Shown in pieces: positions 19,650 through 31,615 of a stretch of DNA of 64,000 nt. A program made the translations under genes and the position numbers. The DNA lies in the NCBI GenBank assembly GCA_965649265.1, contig CBFGKC010000005.1, positions 96,001-160,000 of the forward strand. The letters run 5' to 3'. Under the pieces are notes generated by a model. It made no database searches, was not told the origin of the DNA, and worked only from the letters and a program-made list of their open reading frames with translations. The DNA is from a candidate division WOR-3 bacterium. GTDB taxonomy: Bacteria; Hydrothermota; Tepidihabitantia; B3-TA06. Position 1 is the first letter of the stretch. Each line of letters begins with the position of its first letter.

Positions 19650-19988
19650 GGAGTGCAAAAACCGCGTTGTTGCCTTACCGTATTGTTGCTGCAACGAGAC
19701 GCTCGTTGTACTCCACAACCATAATCTTCTTTCCAGCGAATCTGCCCTTTGGAGTGCGACAACCGCGTTGTTGCCTTACCGCGTCGTCTCTGCAACAACC
19801 GTGTAGTTGCCACACCATCTTGTTGCTGCAACGAGACGCTCGTTGTACTCCACAACCATAATCTTCTTTCCAGCGAATCTGCCCTTTGGAGCGCGACAAC
19901 CGTGTTGTTACCACACCTTGTCGTTTCTACAACAACCGTGTTGTTGCCTTACCGTATTGTTGCTGCAACGAGACGCTCGTTGCGCTCC
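19650..19988. repeat. Three tandem REP doublets with an identical linker, right of the RAYT
   Basis: Repeated GGAG..CTCC units separated by ACAACCATAATCTTCTTTCCAGCGAATCTGCCCTTT. Confidence 0.85.
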
Positions 19989-19992
19989 ACAA

Positions 19993-22248
<2,256 letters not shown>

Positions 22249-22340
22249 TTTACCTCTGTACCGGGTGATTTACCCCTCCCCCCCCCCGTGTGCAAGAAAC
22301 ATTTGCAAAAAGCAAGTTACCCGGTATGTGAACCCGAACC

Positions 22341-22547
22341 TCAGGGAAGCGGCGGATACCCGATTTCCGTGAGTTTCTTTTCGAAATCGCTCCATGCTGC
22401 CGGCGTGTCCCACATAACCCGTATCTGTTTGGTCGTGATATCGACTTTGACATCCTTGAAACCCGGAATCCTCGAGAGCTCGTTCTTGAGTTCGAGGATG
22501 GACGAATAGCCGTCAAGCTTCTTAACCTTGAAGATCATTTTATCCAT
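22341..22547 (-). CDS. HMA-fold protein lacking CxxC
   Basis: Paralogous to the next two genes (WD..W..EIGYP), with LDGYSS in place of ISCxxC. Confidence 0.65.
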   Translation of the reverse strand: MDKMIFKVKKLDGYSSILELKNELSRIPGFKDVKVDITTKQIRVMWDTPAAWSDFEKKLTEIGYPPLP

Positions 22548-22565
22548 ATAATCCTCCTCAAAGGA

Positions 22566-22772
22566 TTACTCCTCGGGCGGGTAGCCCATGTCCTTGAGAG
22601 TTTCAACAATTTCTTCCCATTTTAAGGGATCGTCCCAGCTTATCTCGGCGGTCTTGGAGCTGACGTCGACTTTTACGCCGGTTACGCCCTTCAGTTCGAT
22701 CAGCTCGCGCTCGATGGTCATTCTGCAATGATTGCAACTAATGGCGGGTATCCGGATCTTTTTTTCATGCAT
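22566..22772 (-). CDS. HMA copper chaperone (CopZ-like)
   Basis: ISCNHC motif. Confidence 0.85.
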   Translation of the reverse strand: MHEKKIRIPAISCNHCRMTIERELIELKGVTGVKVDVSSKTAEISWDDPLKWEEIVETLKDMGYPPEE

Positions 22773-22781
22773 AAGTACTCC

Positions 22782-22994
22782 TTAATCGCATTCCTTCGGA
22801 GGGTACTCGATTTCGTTTAACGTTTTAACTATCTCCTCCCACGTGGCAGGGGGCTCCCAGCGAACGGTAACCTCCTGCAAAGGCAGATTGACTTCTACGC
22901 CCTCAACGCCCCGTATAGCTTCGAGCTCGCGCTTAATGAGCTTCGTGCAGTAAGCGCAGCTGATGTTGGGGACTTTCACCCTTTTTGCTTCCAT
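22782..22994 (-). CDS. HMA copper chaperone (CopZ-like)
   Basis: ISCAYC motif. Confidence 0.85.
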   Translation of the reverse strand: MEAKRVKVPNISCAYCTKLIKRELEAIRGVEGVEVNLPLQEVTVRWEPPATWEEIVKTLNEIEYPPKECD

Positions 22995-23142
22995 TTCTGC
23001 TCCTTACTTACCTTCCCGGCTCCCGGCGCCTCTCCCATGATAGCTTGAGTATAATTCGAGAGCACTCTGGTACCCTGCGTTTTTGTAACCGCGAGCGACG
23101 CGTGGAAAGGCTGCTTTCCGGTTCCCGGACTTTAACGACAGC

Positions 23143-24660
23143 TCAAACATCTTGCTCCCAGTCCAGAAGCCTTCGCTGGTCTTCGAGTTTGCGGATTCCT
23201 GAGACGTCCTGCGAGACCTCGAGCGTCCCGCGATAACGGCCGTCCGCGTCCCTGAGGGCGAAGTAGCGGATGTGGATGAATTTCCCTGCAAGTTCTATCC
23301 AGAACTCGGCAACGTCCTTAGTTCCCTTGCGGAACTCGTCTATTATGCGCTGGACGATGTGCACGCTCTTGGGCGGGTGGCAGTTCTGCACCTTGCGACC
23401 GATGACGCCCGGCGTTCGTGTGAAAATTCGATCCTTTGTATCCGAGTAGTAGCGCAGCTCGTCGTTCTCGTCCACGAACGAGATATCGACCGGAAGACTG
23501 CGGAGCATGATATCGATTTGCTCGAGTGTGAGGGAACCCTCCCCCAGGGGGAGTCTCGCGTTCTTGGCAATGCTTTCCGGAAGATCCTTGAGATCCATCA
23601 GTTCTCCTTTTTCTTTGAAATCTTTTCTTTCTCCCGAGCCGCGTATGCCCGCGGCATCACCAGGCGATTGAGGTTTCCACTCATCCCCCGGACTCACGAA
23701 GGCGTATCCGATCTCTTCCTCACCCTTGCGGATTTTTTGCCAATCTTCCTCCGAAAGGTGCTCAAGCGCCATCGGAAAGAGCACGTGCTCCTCCTTGTAG
23801 ATCATATCGAGTATTGCGGGCGCGAGCTTTGACGCGTTTGCGGCGAACCCCTTGACATTTCCCGAGGCTAGGTCGCCGGATGCCGACTTGAGAAGCGCGC
23901 GAATCTGGTCGTGCACCTGCCACATGACTTGCGGCGGTGCGGTAACGCCCACCCGTTCGAGCGCGGGGAAGAGTTCGTGCTCCTTTCGAAGGTAGTGCTT
24001 GTCGATGAGGGAGAGGGAGGAGAGGAGCCCGGCGAGCGGACCTTTGCGCTCCGAAAAATTCTTTTTTGTGAGGTCGTTTGTAAGAAGACTCCACTCTCTT
24101 GCCAGCCTCTCGAACTCCCGGTTCTCGAGTTTTGCGGTGTGGACAGGATGCCCCGCAGGCAGATTCTCGCCGCCCTCTTTTTCGAGCGAGGAGCGCATGA
24201 CACGCACGTGCAGGTCGCACATAGCCGTTATCTCTAAGGGTGTTATGCCCTCGCGAACCAGTTCCTGCTCGATTTCGGCTATCTCCGCGGCGCTCACGTC
24301 CGCTATCTCCTCGCTGAAGCGCTTCTCGAGTGCCTCAGAGTTCACCCCGCCTGATGCATGCAAATCCTTGAGTATGGCCTTGATTTTTTGCGCTCGTTCC
24401 TTGAGCGCTTCAGGCGTGATTATGGCGACTTCCTGGCCTGTTTTGTCCTTGACGGCCTTTGCGATATCGGCGATGAACGCGTGCACGTCGATGCCGACGG
24501 TGGAGGCGGCCATCTCGAGAGTGGCTACCTTGCCGATGGTGTTGCGGGCCAGGGGATTCAGGAGCTTGGCGAAATCGGGGTTGTAGGACGATAAAAACTC
24601 TTCGAGAAAGGGATAGAGAGCGAGAAGTTCTGCCACTCGCGTTTTGGGACTCAAATGCAT
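23143..24660 (-). CDS. DUF438/hemerythrin/PAS domain protein
   Basis: MCDLH, GHPVHT, HYLRKE..LFP, VMWQVHD and NCHPPKS motifs. Confidence 0.85.
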   Translation of the reverse strand: MHLSPKTRVAELLALYPFLEEFLSSYNPDFAKLLNPLARNTIGKVATLEMAASTVGIDVHAFIADIAKAVKDKTGQEVAIITPEALKERAQKIKAILKDLHASGGVNSEALEKRFSEEIADVSAAEIAEIEQELVREGITPLEITAMCDLHVRVMRSSLEKEGGENLPAGHPVHTAKLENREFERLAREWSLLTNDLTKKNFSERKGPLAGLLSSLSLIDKHYLRKEHELFPALERVGVTAPPQVMWQVHDQIRALLKSASGDLASGNVKGFAANASKLAPAILDMIYKEEHVLFPMALEHLSEEDWQKIRKGEEEIGYAFVSPGDEWKPQSPGDAAGIRGSGERKDFKEKGELMDLKDLPESIAKNARLPLGEGSLTLEQIDIMLRSLPVDISFVDENDELRYYSDTKDRIFTRTPGVIGRKVQNCHPPKSVHIVQRIIDEFRKGTKDVAEFWIELAGKFIHIRYFALRDADGRYRGTLEVSQDVSGIRKLEDQRRLLDWEQDV

Positions 24661-24771
24661 CCTTAAACTCCTTGAGCAGTTCTCCTGTTAACTGCTTCGA
24701 TGAGGACTATTCGGGGCCGCCCCCTTCTAAGGGCGACCCCACAAATTTTCTTGTGCCTGAGCGTCGGTGAC

Positions 24772-25266
24772 TCAGGACTTTTGCGCCATAAGGTACTTCG
24801 AGAGAACGGTTATGTGGCGCATCTCTTCTTTGATTATGTCGGCGACCCTGGCCGAACCCAGGCGCTCGGTGACCATCTCCTTGATGCCCAGGTAGAAGAC
24901 TATGGAATCCTTCTCGAGGCCTATGGCCTTCCCGAGAACGTCGGAGATATTCTCGGTGCCCGAAAGCATCTCCGAGGGGTCCTTGGTGTGATCGAACACC
25001 TTGCCGTCGGCCATCGCCTGAAGGTAGAGGGATTTCTCGTCGTAAGGATCGTAATCCTTGGTCTCGCGCTCATCGTTCGTGAGGTGGGAGCGGAGTTCGG
25101 TGAAGGTTTTCTCGTGCTCCTGCTCCATCGAGGCGAGTTCCAAAAGCAGCTTGCGCGCCTCCTCGTCGGTGGTGTTGGCCGCGGCCTTGGTGTAGAACCT
25201 GCGGCCGTTGCGCTCGATGCGTTCTGCGATTTCGAGTATCTCGTCTGCGTTGAAATTAATTCCCAT
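24772..25266 (-). CDS. Ferritin-like/rubrerythrin-domain protein
   Basis: IERNG..FY, EQEH, LEKDSIVFY and EEMRH motifs. Confidence 0.85.
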   Translation of the reverse strand: MGINFNADEILEIAERIERNGRRFYTKAAANTTDEEARKLLLELASMEQEHEKTFTELRSHLTNDERETKDYDPYDEKSLYLQAMADGKVFDHTKDPSEMLSGTENISDVLGKAIGLEKDSIVFYLGIKEMVTERLGSARVADIIKEEMRHITVLSKYLMAQKS

Positions 25267-25275
25267 TTTGCTTCC

Positions 25276-25830
25276 TCAGGCTCCGGGGTCTGCTGCGGCT
25301 GCGGCAGCCGCGGGATTGAGCACGGTCGCGGTGGAGATTAGCACCCTTGTTCCGAACTCCTTGTCGAGAAGGTAGAGCGCCTGCTTGTCCTCGCCCAGCA
25401 TCTTGAGCCTGTCGACTGCGACCATGGTCTGCTCTTCTTCCTCGATCTGCTCGTTGACGAACCAGTCGAGTATGCCCCGCAGCGCGGCGTTGTCCTTTTC
25501 GGCCAGGGCAAGGTCAACGAGGTCGTTTATCATCTTGGTGACCTTTAATTCGTGTTCGTATGCGGCCGCGAACGCCTCGACGGGAGTGTTCCAGGAGCCC
25601 TCGGGCTCGGCGATTGCAGCGAACGTGGGGTGACCGCCGCGGTTCAGGACGTGCTTGTAGAACCGCATGGCGTGACTCATCTCCTCGAACGCCTGCGCCT
25701 TCATCCACTGCGCGAAGCCGTCCAGGTTGCGCTCCTCGAACCACGCGCCTATGGCGAAATAAAGGTACGCCGCGTACAGCTCCGCGTTAAGCTGCTTGTT
25801 GAAGCCTTCTTCAATCTTCTTCGAGATCAT
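25276..25830 (-). CDS. ftnA: Non-heme ferritin
   Basis: QLNAELYA, EEMSHA, HELKVT and WFVNEQIEEE motifs. Confidence 0.9.
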   Translation of the reverse strand: MISKKIEEGFNKQLNAELYAAYLYFAIGAWFEERNLDGFAQWMKAQAFEEMSHAMRFYKHVLNRGGHPTFAAIAEPEGSWNTPVEAFAAAYEHELKVTKMINDLVDLALAEKDNAALRGILDWFVNEQIEEEEQTMVAVDRLKMLGEDKQALYLLDKEFGTRVLISTATVLNPAAAAAAADPGA

Positions 25831-25831
25831 C

Positions 25832-26239
25832 TCATTCCCCCTTCCAGAGCCCGTGGATGTTGCAGTGCTCGCGCGCGACGACGGAGGGGGAGGAGGGCGA
25901 GGAGGGCGAGGAGGAGGGCGGCATGGCGAACTCGGCCTGGGGTGCGTCGCCAGGCTTCAGGTGCTTGCGGTAAACGCGGCCCTCGGAATCGTAGATCTCA
26001 ATCCATTCTATATAGTGCTTTTCTTCCATGGGATGCGGTGCGCTGCCTATCTTTACGAGGTAGCCCGCTGCCGTCTTCTCGATGACGGGCACGTGCTTTT
26101 CCTTTGCGCCGTCCGAGGTGTTCTCCTCGAGAAGCTTCATGGGCTTGCCGTGGCACGAGTAGTCGCCGCAGCCTTCCTTGAAGACTTCGATCATGTCGCC
26201 GCAGTCCTCGCATTTATAGATTCTCAACCTTTCTGCCAT
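25832..26239 (-). CDS. dfx: Desulfoferrodoxin (superoxide reductase)
   Basis: [24 protein letters not shown] and CNIHGLW motifs; AGGAGG RBS. Confidence 0.9.
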   Translation of the reverse strand: MAERLRIYKCEDCGDMIEVFKEGCGDYSCHGKPMKLLEENTSDGAKEKHVPVIEKTAAGYLVKIGSAPHPMEEKHYIEWIEIYDSEGRVYRKHLKPGDAPQAEFAMPPSSSPSSPSSPSVVAREHCNIHGLWKGE

Positions 26240-26321
26240 AATTCCTCCTTCGGATTTTGGCTGTTTTGTTTGCAAAACTCCACTTTCAATTTTATTATGA
26301 ACACGCCTGCCTGCCATTTCT

Positions 26322-26349
26322 AGTATAGGATGGATACAGGGCGTGTCAA
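26322..26349 (-). promoter_or_regulatory. Promoter TTGACA-N16-TATACT; a second TTGACA-N16-TATAAT lies near 26469-26496
   Basis: Near-consensus hexamers upstream of the dfx-ferritin-copA run. Confidence 0.6.
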
Positions 26350-26530
26350 GGCGCATGTCAAGTTTTGATTTGCATTTACCCGCAAGTGCGCGAGGTTCGG
26401 AGAGATACGCCGTTGAGAAGTTCATTTTCGAGTGTCGTAAAGTGCTTTTTATCGTCTCCATCGCAATAATTATAGGAATTTAGTAGGGTATGTCAAGGTC
26501 TGGAACGGTCGTAAATAGGTTCGTTTTAAA

Positions 26531-26749
26531 GGGGGGATACAAAGATAAACCCCCTCCCTTTTTCCCTCTCCCCATCGGGAGAGGGGGGCGCTCCAGGGGA
26601 GCGCAGGGTGAGGGATTTTTTTCGGGATCTATCTCAGCACTACAGTCTTTTTCGTAATACTCGACTTTCCGTTCTCAAGCTTCACGAAAATAGACGCTCC
26701 TTCGGAGCGTTGGAAGTTTAACTTCTATAACCTCAGGAGGTTAAACTTC
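26531..26749. repeat. Cluster of palindromes (CCCTCTCCC..GGGAGAGGG; GACGCTCC-TTCG; GAAGTTTAAC..GTTAAACTTC)
   Basis: Inverted repeats visible in the sequence. Confidence 0.55.
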
Positions 26750-28022
26750 AGTCTAAAACAACGACTTTTCTGACTATGCTTGAATGGCCAGTCTCTAGCC
26801 TGATAAAATACACTCCTGTTGCCAGCCCGGGCTTGAAACTCACCTTGCCCTCACCTTGTATGGGGAGCGATTCGATTCTGCGGCCCGATGGATCATAAAG
26901 GCTTATCGTGCCCTGCTCGCTATTAGGAATTGAGTAAGAAACAAGGATGGAGGAGGGGGTGTTACGGGCGACGTCGAGTTGGAGGGAAGGGGAGGGGTGT
27001 GTTACGGGTGTTACGGGCTCTTCGATGCCGGAGCCGTAGAGGGGCTTGAACATAGCATCGTCCTCGTCGGACTCGTCGGGTGTCATTACGGTGGAGACGG
27101 TGAGGGTGCAGCTCGCGGCATCCGACGGCTTGAACTCCTTGAAGGAAACCGTGTCCTCAGTGTCGGCGGCAAGCGACCAGGAAAGGGTGTCGGCGTATAC
27201 GACTCCGGAGCTGCCCTCGATGGAAGCTATCACAAGGAAGCTATCAGCCGCCTTGCGGCCAAAGTTCTTGATACGTGCAGTAGGGATGTAGGCATTACCT
27301 ATGGAATCCTTGGATAGGATAGCCTTCACACCCACATCGTAGTCCGCGTAACCGGTAAGCCGGATATCGTCAAAAGAGTTTTTAAGACCCCGCCAAGGTG
27401 GGTAATAAGCACCCCATCCGATGAAGCATATGCTGTCGATTATTGTTTCATTGGAAAAACTTGCTTTCGTCAAGTCCACCTTAACGTCCCTATTGAGAAA
27501 GTGCCATAAGGTGTCTTCGATAAAATCTTCAATCAACATGGCTTTTGTGGGCGGAATTGGAGTGGGATTTTGGTCAGAACACTTGAGAAGATAAACAGCA
27601 AAACGGTAATTCTTGTTACTGGGATCAGTTATAAAAAAAACGATACTGAATGCGTGCATCCAGTCGTAGTAGAGTTCTTTATCTACAATAATCGGAACTA
27701 CGGAGTAATTTAAGGTAAGGCTGTCTAGGTCCGTCATGATTTTAGGCATTACTAATCCCTGTATAACCACAGCCGAATCTACTTCATATGGCGAAGGTGG
27801 TTTTCTGGTATCGCAATAACCCGAATAATAACCTTTATAAGCTTTTGCAGAATCGTGTCGACTCACTGCGGTTGGATCAAGGTCTTTTCCGGTTCGTGTT
27901 TTTGCGTAAGTCATCCATGCGTCACTATTGTCTTCAAAGCTGTGATCTTTGATTAAGTTAACCTTCTCGAGGCCGAACGCGAGACAAGGTACAATCGCTA
28001 AAAAGACAATGATTCGCTTCAC
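26748..28022 (-). CDS. Secreted protein with CARDB-like and C-terminal T9SS-like sorting domain
   Basis: Signal peptide; DVGV..ARIKNFG; GIEE; LYDPSGR..GVYFIRL..KVVVLD. Confidence 0.75.
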   Translation of the reverse strand: MKRIIVFLAIVPCLAFGLEKVNLIKDHSFEDNSDAWMTYAKTRTGKDLDPTAVSRHDSAKAYKGYYSGYCDTRKPPSPYEVDSAVVIQGLVMPKIMTDLDSLTLNYSVVPIIVDKELYYDWMHAFSIVFFITDPSNKNYRFAVYLLKCSDQNPTPIPPTKAMLIEDFIEDTLWHFLNRDVKVDLTKASFSNETIIDSICFIGWGAYYPPWRGLKNSFDDIRLTGYADYDVGVKAILSKDSIGNAYIPTARIKNFGRKAADSFLVIASIEGSSGVVYADTLSWSLAADTEDTVSFKEFKPSDAASCTLTVSTVMTPDESDEDDAMFKPLYGSGIEEPVTPVTHPSPSLQLDVARNTPSSILVSYSIPNSEQGTISLYDPSGRRIESLPIQGEGKVSFKPGLATGVYFIRLETGHSSIVRKVVVLD

Positions 28023-28080
28023 ACTTTCCTCCGTATTTGATGAGATATTGTAAATATTTGAGAAGGAAATGTCAACAATA

Positions 28081-28347
28081 CGGGTGGTGGGCGGGGCAGG
28101 AAGACCTTAAGCTGACGCCTGGATCCGAGAAGACGAGGGTCGCCTTTTTGAGTGCCGTGAAGTTTGACTGCCTGAATTAATCGATAGTCAAACTTCTGAA
28201 CGACTAGTCGTCAGGGTCCCCGGAGGAATGCCTGGCAGTCCTCTGGGGTAAGATGTGCGGGTGGGTGGGCGGGGCAGGATAAGTCAACACCAACCACAAA
28301 GGATTCAGATGGTTACCCCAAAGGAAAGCTTTGCCTTCCTTTGGGGT
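28081..28347. repeat. Intergenic composite: 21-22 bp direct repeats bracketing two hairpin elements, plus a third hairpin
   Basis: CGGGT(G)GGTGGGCGGGGCAGGA at 28081 and 28258; hairpins at 28159-28214, 28214-28249 and 28315-28347. Confidence 0.55.
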
Positions 28348-28388
28348 TTACCAATTGACTTTGCACCTGTTTTAATTACAATATTTAA

Positions 28389-29111
28389 GTGAAGGTCGGT
28401 TCAGCCCTGGCTGGGCCCCCGGAGCTCGATACTAGGCTCCTCGAAAGGCTCATGCGTGATCCCCTCTATATGTCAACGGATAAGGATACCCCTGCGTCTA
28501 GAGAAAAGAAGCATGCTGAACACACAACGCGCTCAGATGCTGAACTTGTAGCTGAGATAAAGCAGGGCTCGAACGACGCATGTCGCGCAGTTGTAGAGCG
28601 TTACAAGCGTTTGTTGTACTCGATTGCTTATGGATTTATGGGCGATCACGGCGAAGCAGACGATGTTGTTCAGCAGGTCTTCATTAGGTTCTTTGAAAAT
28701 GTGGAGCGGGTGCGAAAGGCCGAAGCGTTAAAAACTTACCTGGCCCGCAGCACCACTAACGAGTCTATCGACCGCTTGCGACGCGCCAAGAGGCGCAACA
28801 CCGTTTCCATTGAGGACCTGGGCGACGACGAGGATTTGTCGCTCAAGGACGGACGCACACCGCGGGAGAAAAGAAGGCGCGAGGAGCTTCGAGAACTCAT
28901 AACCTGGGCACTCTCCCAGCTTTCTGAACGCCAGCAGCGAGTGGCGGTCCTGAGCTTTGTTGAGGATTTAAGTTATGAGGAGATAGCCGAGGTTCTCCAT
29001 TGTGAGGAAGTTACGGTTCGCACACATCTGCACCGCGCACGCAAGCGACTTCAGGAACTCTTAGCTCCGCGATTACGTGATTTGGAGGCAGGATTTGTCC
29101 GCAACGAATGA
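28389..29111 (+). CDS. ECF RNA polymerase sigma factor
   Basis: ADDVVQQVF, LSERQQRV..LSYEEIAEVL..VRTHLHRARKRL. Start uncertain. Confidence 0.9.
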   Translation: MKVGSALAGPPELDTRLLERLMRDPLYMSTDKDTPASREKKHAEHTTRSDAELVAEIKQGSNDACRAVVERYKRLLYSIAYGFMGDHGEADDVVQQVFIRFFENVERVRKAEALKTYLARSTTNESIDRLRRAKRRNTVSIEDLGDDEDLSLKDGRTPREKRRREELRELITWALSQLSERQQRVAVLSFVEDLSYEEIAEVLHCEEVTVRTHLHRARKRLQELLAPRLRDLEAGFVRNE

Positions 29112-29724
29112 CGGCGGCCTTGTAAGAAAAGGTAGCAAAACCCGTAAAAAACATTTGGGAACCGGGAAGGGTGCAGTCCACGCACGACCGGACAATATCC
29201 AGTGTGGCTCGATAGAGGATTTGTTTGCCCCGTATCTCGCGGCTGAGTTAAGCAAGGGTGAGGAGGATAAGCTTCGTAAACACGTACGTTCCTGTGCAAA
29301 TTGCAAGAAGATCCTGGCTGAGGAAACCCGCTTTAACCGCATAATGAGGCAGGCTCTCGCGCCCAAAGTCGATCCCGACTACTGGGAGCTCTTATGGCCG
29401 CGCGTCCAGGCAAAGATGCTCGAACGCAGGGAACAAAGGACGCGTCCCCGCTTCTCGCTGCGCTGGATATTCGCGGGTGCCGGGACCGCCTTCGCGTCAG
29501 CGGCCGCGCTCATCGCCGTTCTCCTGCTGCGCACCCCGCTCGCGCCCTCCCTTGCGCTTCACCCTGACTCCTACTTTGAAGGGCTCCCCCAGGAGCCACC
29601 CGCAACGGTTCAGGTCGATTCGCGGACCCAGGCCTCAAACGAGTTGGCTGTCTTAAGTCTCGGCCATCCAACACCTTCCAGCCGCAGTCACGCCTGGCAG
29701 CATCTCGATGGAGGAGGCTTATAG
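29077..29724 (+). CDS. Zinc-finger (Hx3Cx2C) anti-sigma factor
   Basis: HVRSCANC followed by a single TM. Start uncertain. Confidence 0.8.
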   Translation: MIWRQDLSATNDGGLVRKGSKTRKKHLGTGKGAVHARPDNIQCGSIEDLFAPYLAAELSKGEEDKLRKHVRSCANCKKILAEETRFNRIMRQALAPKVDPDYWELLWPRVQAKMLERREQRTRPRFSLRWIFAGAGTAFASAAALIAVLLLRTPLAPSLALHPDSYFEGLPQEPPATVQVDSRTQASNELAVLSLGHPTPSSRSHAWQHLDGGGL

Positions 29725-30581
29725 TGGGCAACTCTCAAAAAAGAAGCCTTAGACCGTTTGCAAACCGGGGCTTCTGGATGAGAGTGCTTTCCATGAAGGG
29801 GCTTTTGATTGTAAGCGCCTTAATTTCGTCGCTTGCCTTGACTTCCTGCGAGCGCAGGCCGGTGACGCTCACCTGGAAGCTCGATGAGGGCAAAACCTAC
29901 GTCTACAAGAGCGAAGTCACCGGAACGTGGAAGATAGAAGGCTGGGAAAAGGGCGAGCGCGGCGGAAAGTTCGGCAACGTGCTCGAAACACGGATGGTCG
30001 TCCTTTCTGCAGTCGAGGACTCCGTGTTCCAGGTAAAAGAAATTACTAAACTTATGCGCGAGGGAACCGACTACGCGCCCACCGTCGTTACCTACAGCAT
30101 GGCTCCGAACGGCAAGCTTTACGCGATAGAGCTTTCCGATACCGGCACCGCTCCGCGTGTCTTCGATTCAAGAGAACGCCGCGAAAAGTTCTTTGAAGAA
30201 ACCCAGCCCACCTATCCCGACAGATCATTAAAACCCGGTGATACGTGGGTTCAAGAAACAAAGGTGGTGCTCGACGAGGGCACCATTACGACATCAAACG
30301 AGTTTTCGGTCAAGGGTTGGGAAAAGGTGGACGATTATCTCTGCTTGAGGATAGACTACGTCGGCCAGACCGTCGTTCCTCACCAGAGGAAGGGTGTGAA
30401 GCTCGTTGACCGCGGCTCGGTCAAGGGCAGCCTGTGGTTCGCGCCCGCGGAGGGCATCCTTATCCAGCAGCGCGATTCGCTTTACGTTGCCACCGCCCGC
30501 GAGGTTACCGAGCCCAGCAAATCCCCTGCCACCTACATCGTTCAGAGCGAGCGCATCTACAAGCTCGTCGAGATAAAGTAA
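29724..30581 (+). CDS. Hypothetical beta-rich lipoprotein
   Basis: LTSC lipobox; LKPGDTW motif. Confidence 0.65.
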   Translation: MGNSQKRSLRPFANRGFWMRVLSMKGLLIVSALISSLALTSCERRPVTLTWKLDEGKTYVYKSEVTGTWKIEGWEKGERGGKFGNVLETRMVVLSAVEDSVFQVKEITKLMREGTDYAPTVVTYSMAPNGKLYAIELSDTGTAPRVFDSRERREKFFEETQPTYPDRSLKPGDTWVQETKVVLDEGTITTSNEFSVKGWEKVDDYLCLRIDYVGQTVVPHQRKGVKLVDRGSVKGSLWFAPAEGILIQQRDSLYVATAREVTEPSKSPATYIVQSERIYKLVEIK

Positions 30582-30747
30582 CCCCCGCGCACTCCTCTCC
30601 TCCCCCCCCTATCCACTGATAAGTCTACGATTGCGTCGTTGCCGGTAGTCAGCACGCCGCTTTGGGGCCCTTTTATCTTAGGGAGGGGGGTTACGGCCCT
30701 TTTTCACGAGTCAAGCGACGGTGGATTGTTGATTTGCATCATCCGCC

Positions 30748-30775
30748 TTGACACGGGGCGATAAATTCCCATAAT
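30748..30775 (+). promoter_or_regulatory. Promoter TTGACA-N16-CATAAT of the DOMON operon
   Basis: Hexamers followed by an AAGGAG RBS. Confidence 0.6.
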
Positions 30776-30806
30776 AAGGCTAGGACTTTAACCAAAGGAG
30801 CAGGTA

Positions 30807-31592
30807 ATGAAAAGGTTAGGAGCTTTTTTAGCGGTACTTCCGATTGTTCTTTCAGCCTACCCCCTCGGAATGCAGAATGTCAAGATGCCCTCCCCCCTCA
30901 ATCCCGGCGCACTCGAGTTCGACTTCCAGCACCGGTTCATGGGGAGCGTTCTGGATAACCCGCTCGAGACGTTCTTCGGACTCGACGCAGGATCGAACAC
31001 CTATCTAGGCCTCAAGTATACGATTATCCCCGGGCTCGAGCTGGGGCTTTCAAGGATATCACACTACAAGGAGTACGACGCCGACCTGAGCTACTCGATT
31101 TTTGTCGAAAAGCTCTGGTTACAGGCAAGATTGGCTGTTGAGGGCTTCACCTTTAAGCAGGGTGACACGACGAGGATATGGAGCGTCTTTCCGAACCTCA
31201 CGCTCGCCTCAGGTCCCCTGTTCGAGCGCGTGAGGCCCTCATTAACTGCGGGCTATGACCTTAACGCATCGCGGTTAGGCCTTGGCGCAGGTCTTATCGT
31301 GACACTCTTCAAGAACGTGGGTTACTTCGAGGATGTGGCACTCATGGGAGAGTTCTACCCCTATCTGGGCGAACAGCCGCCTATACCGGAGGAGCGGATA
31401 ACTGGTTCGTTTCTGGCGGGCGTCGCGCTCTCGACTTACGGCCACCAGTTCCTGCTGACCGTCTCGAATTCATCCGGGATCGGTGCAAGGAACCTGGAGG
31501 CGGGCGTGCGGAGGTTCCAGGGTGACGCTTTTCCATTGAGCATAGGCTTCAGCATCCGCAGGCTTCTCGCAAGAGGGCACGAATGGAACTGA
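30807..31592 (+). CDS. DUF5777-like outer-membrane beta-barrel
   Basis: Signal peptide; FQHRF..FFGLD, TYGHQF..SNS and C-terminal GFSIRR. Confidence 0.7.
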   Translation: MKRLGAFLAVLPIVLSAYPLGMQNVKMPSPLNPGALEFDFQHRFMGSVLDNPLETFFGLDAGSNTYLGLKYTIIPGLELGLSRISHYKEYDADLSYSIFVEKLWLQARLAVEGFTFKQGDTTRIWSVFPNLTLASGPLFERVRPSLTAGYDLNASRLGLGAGLIVTLFKNVGYFEDVALMGEFYPYLGEQPPIPEERITGSFLAGVALSTYGHQFLLTVSNSSGIGARNLEAGVRRFQGDAFPLSIGFSIRRLLARGHEWN

Positions 31593-31615
31593 CGAAAAAA
31601 CGACAAGGAGAAACA

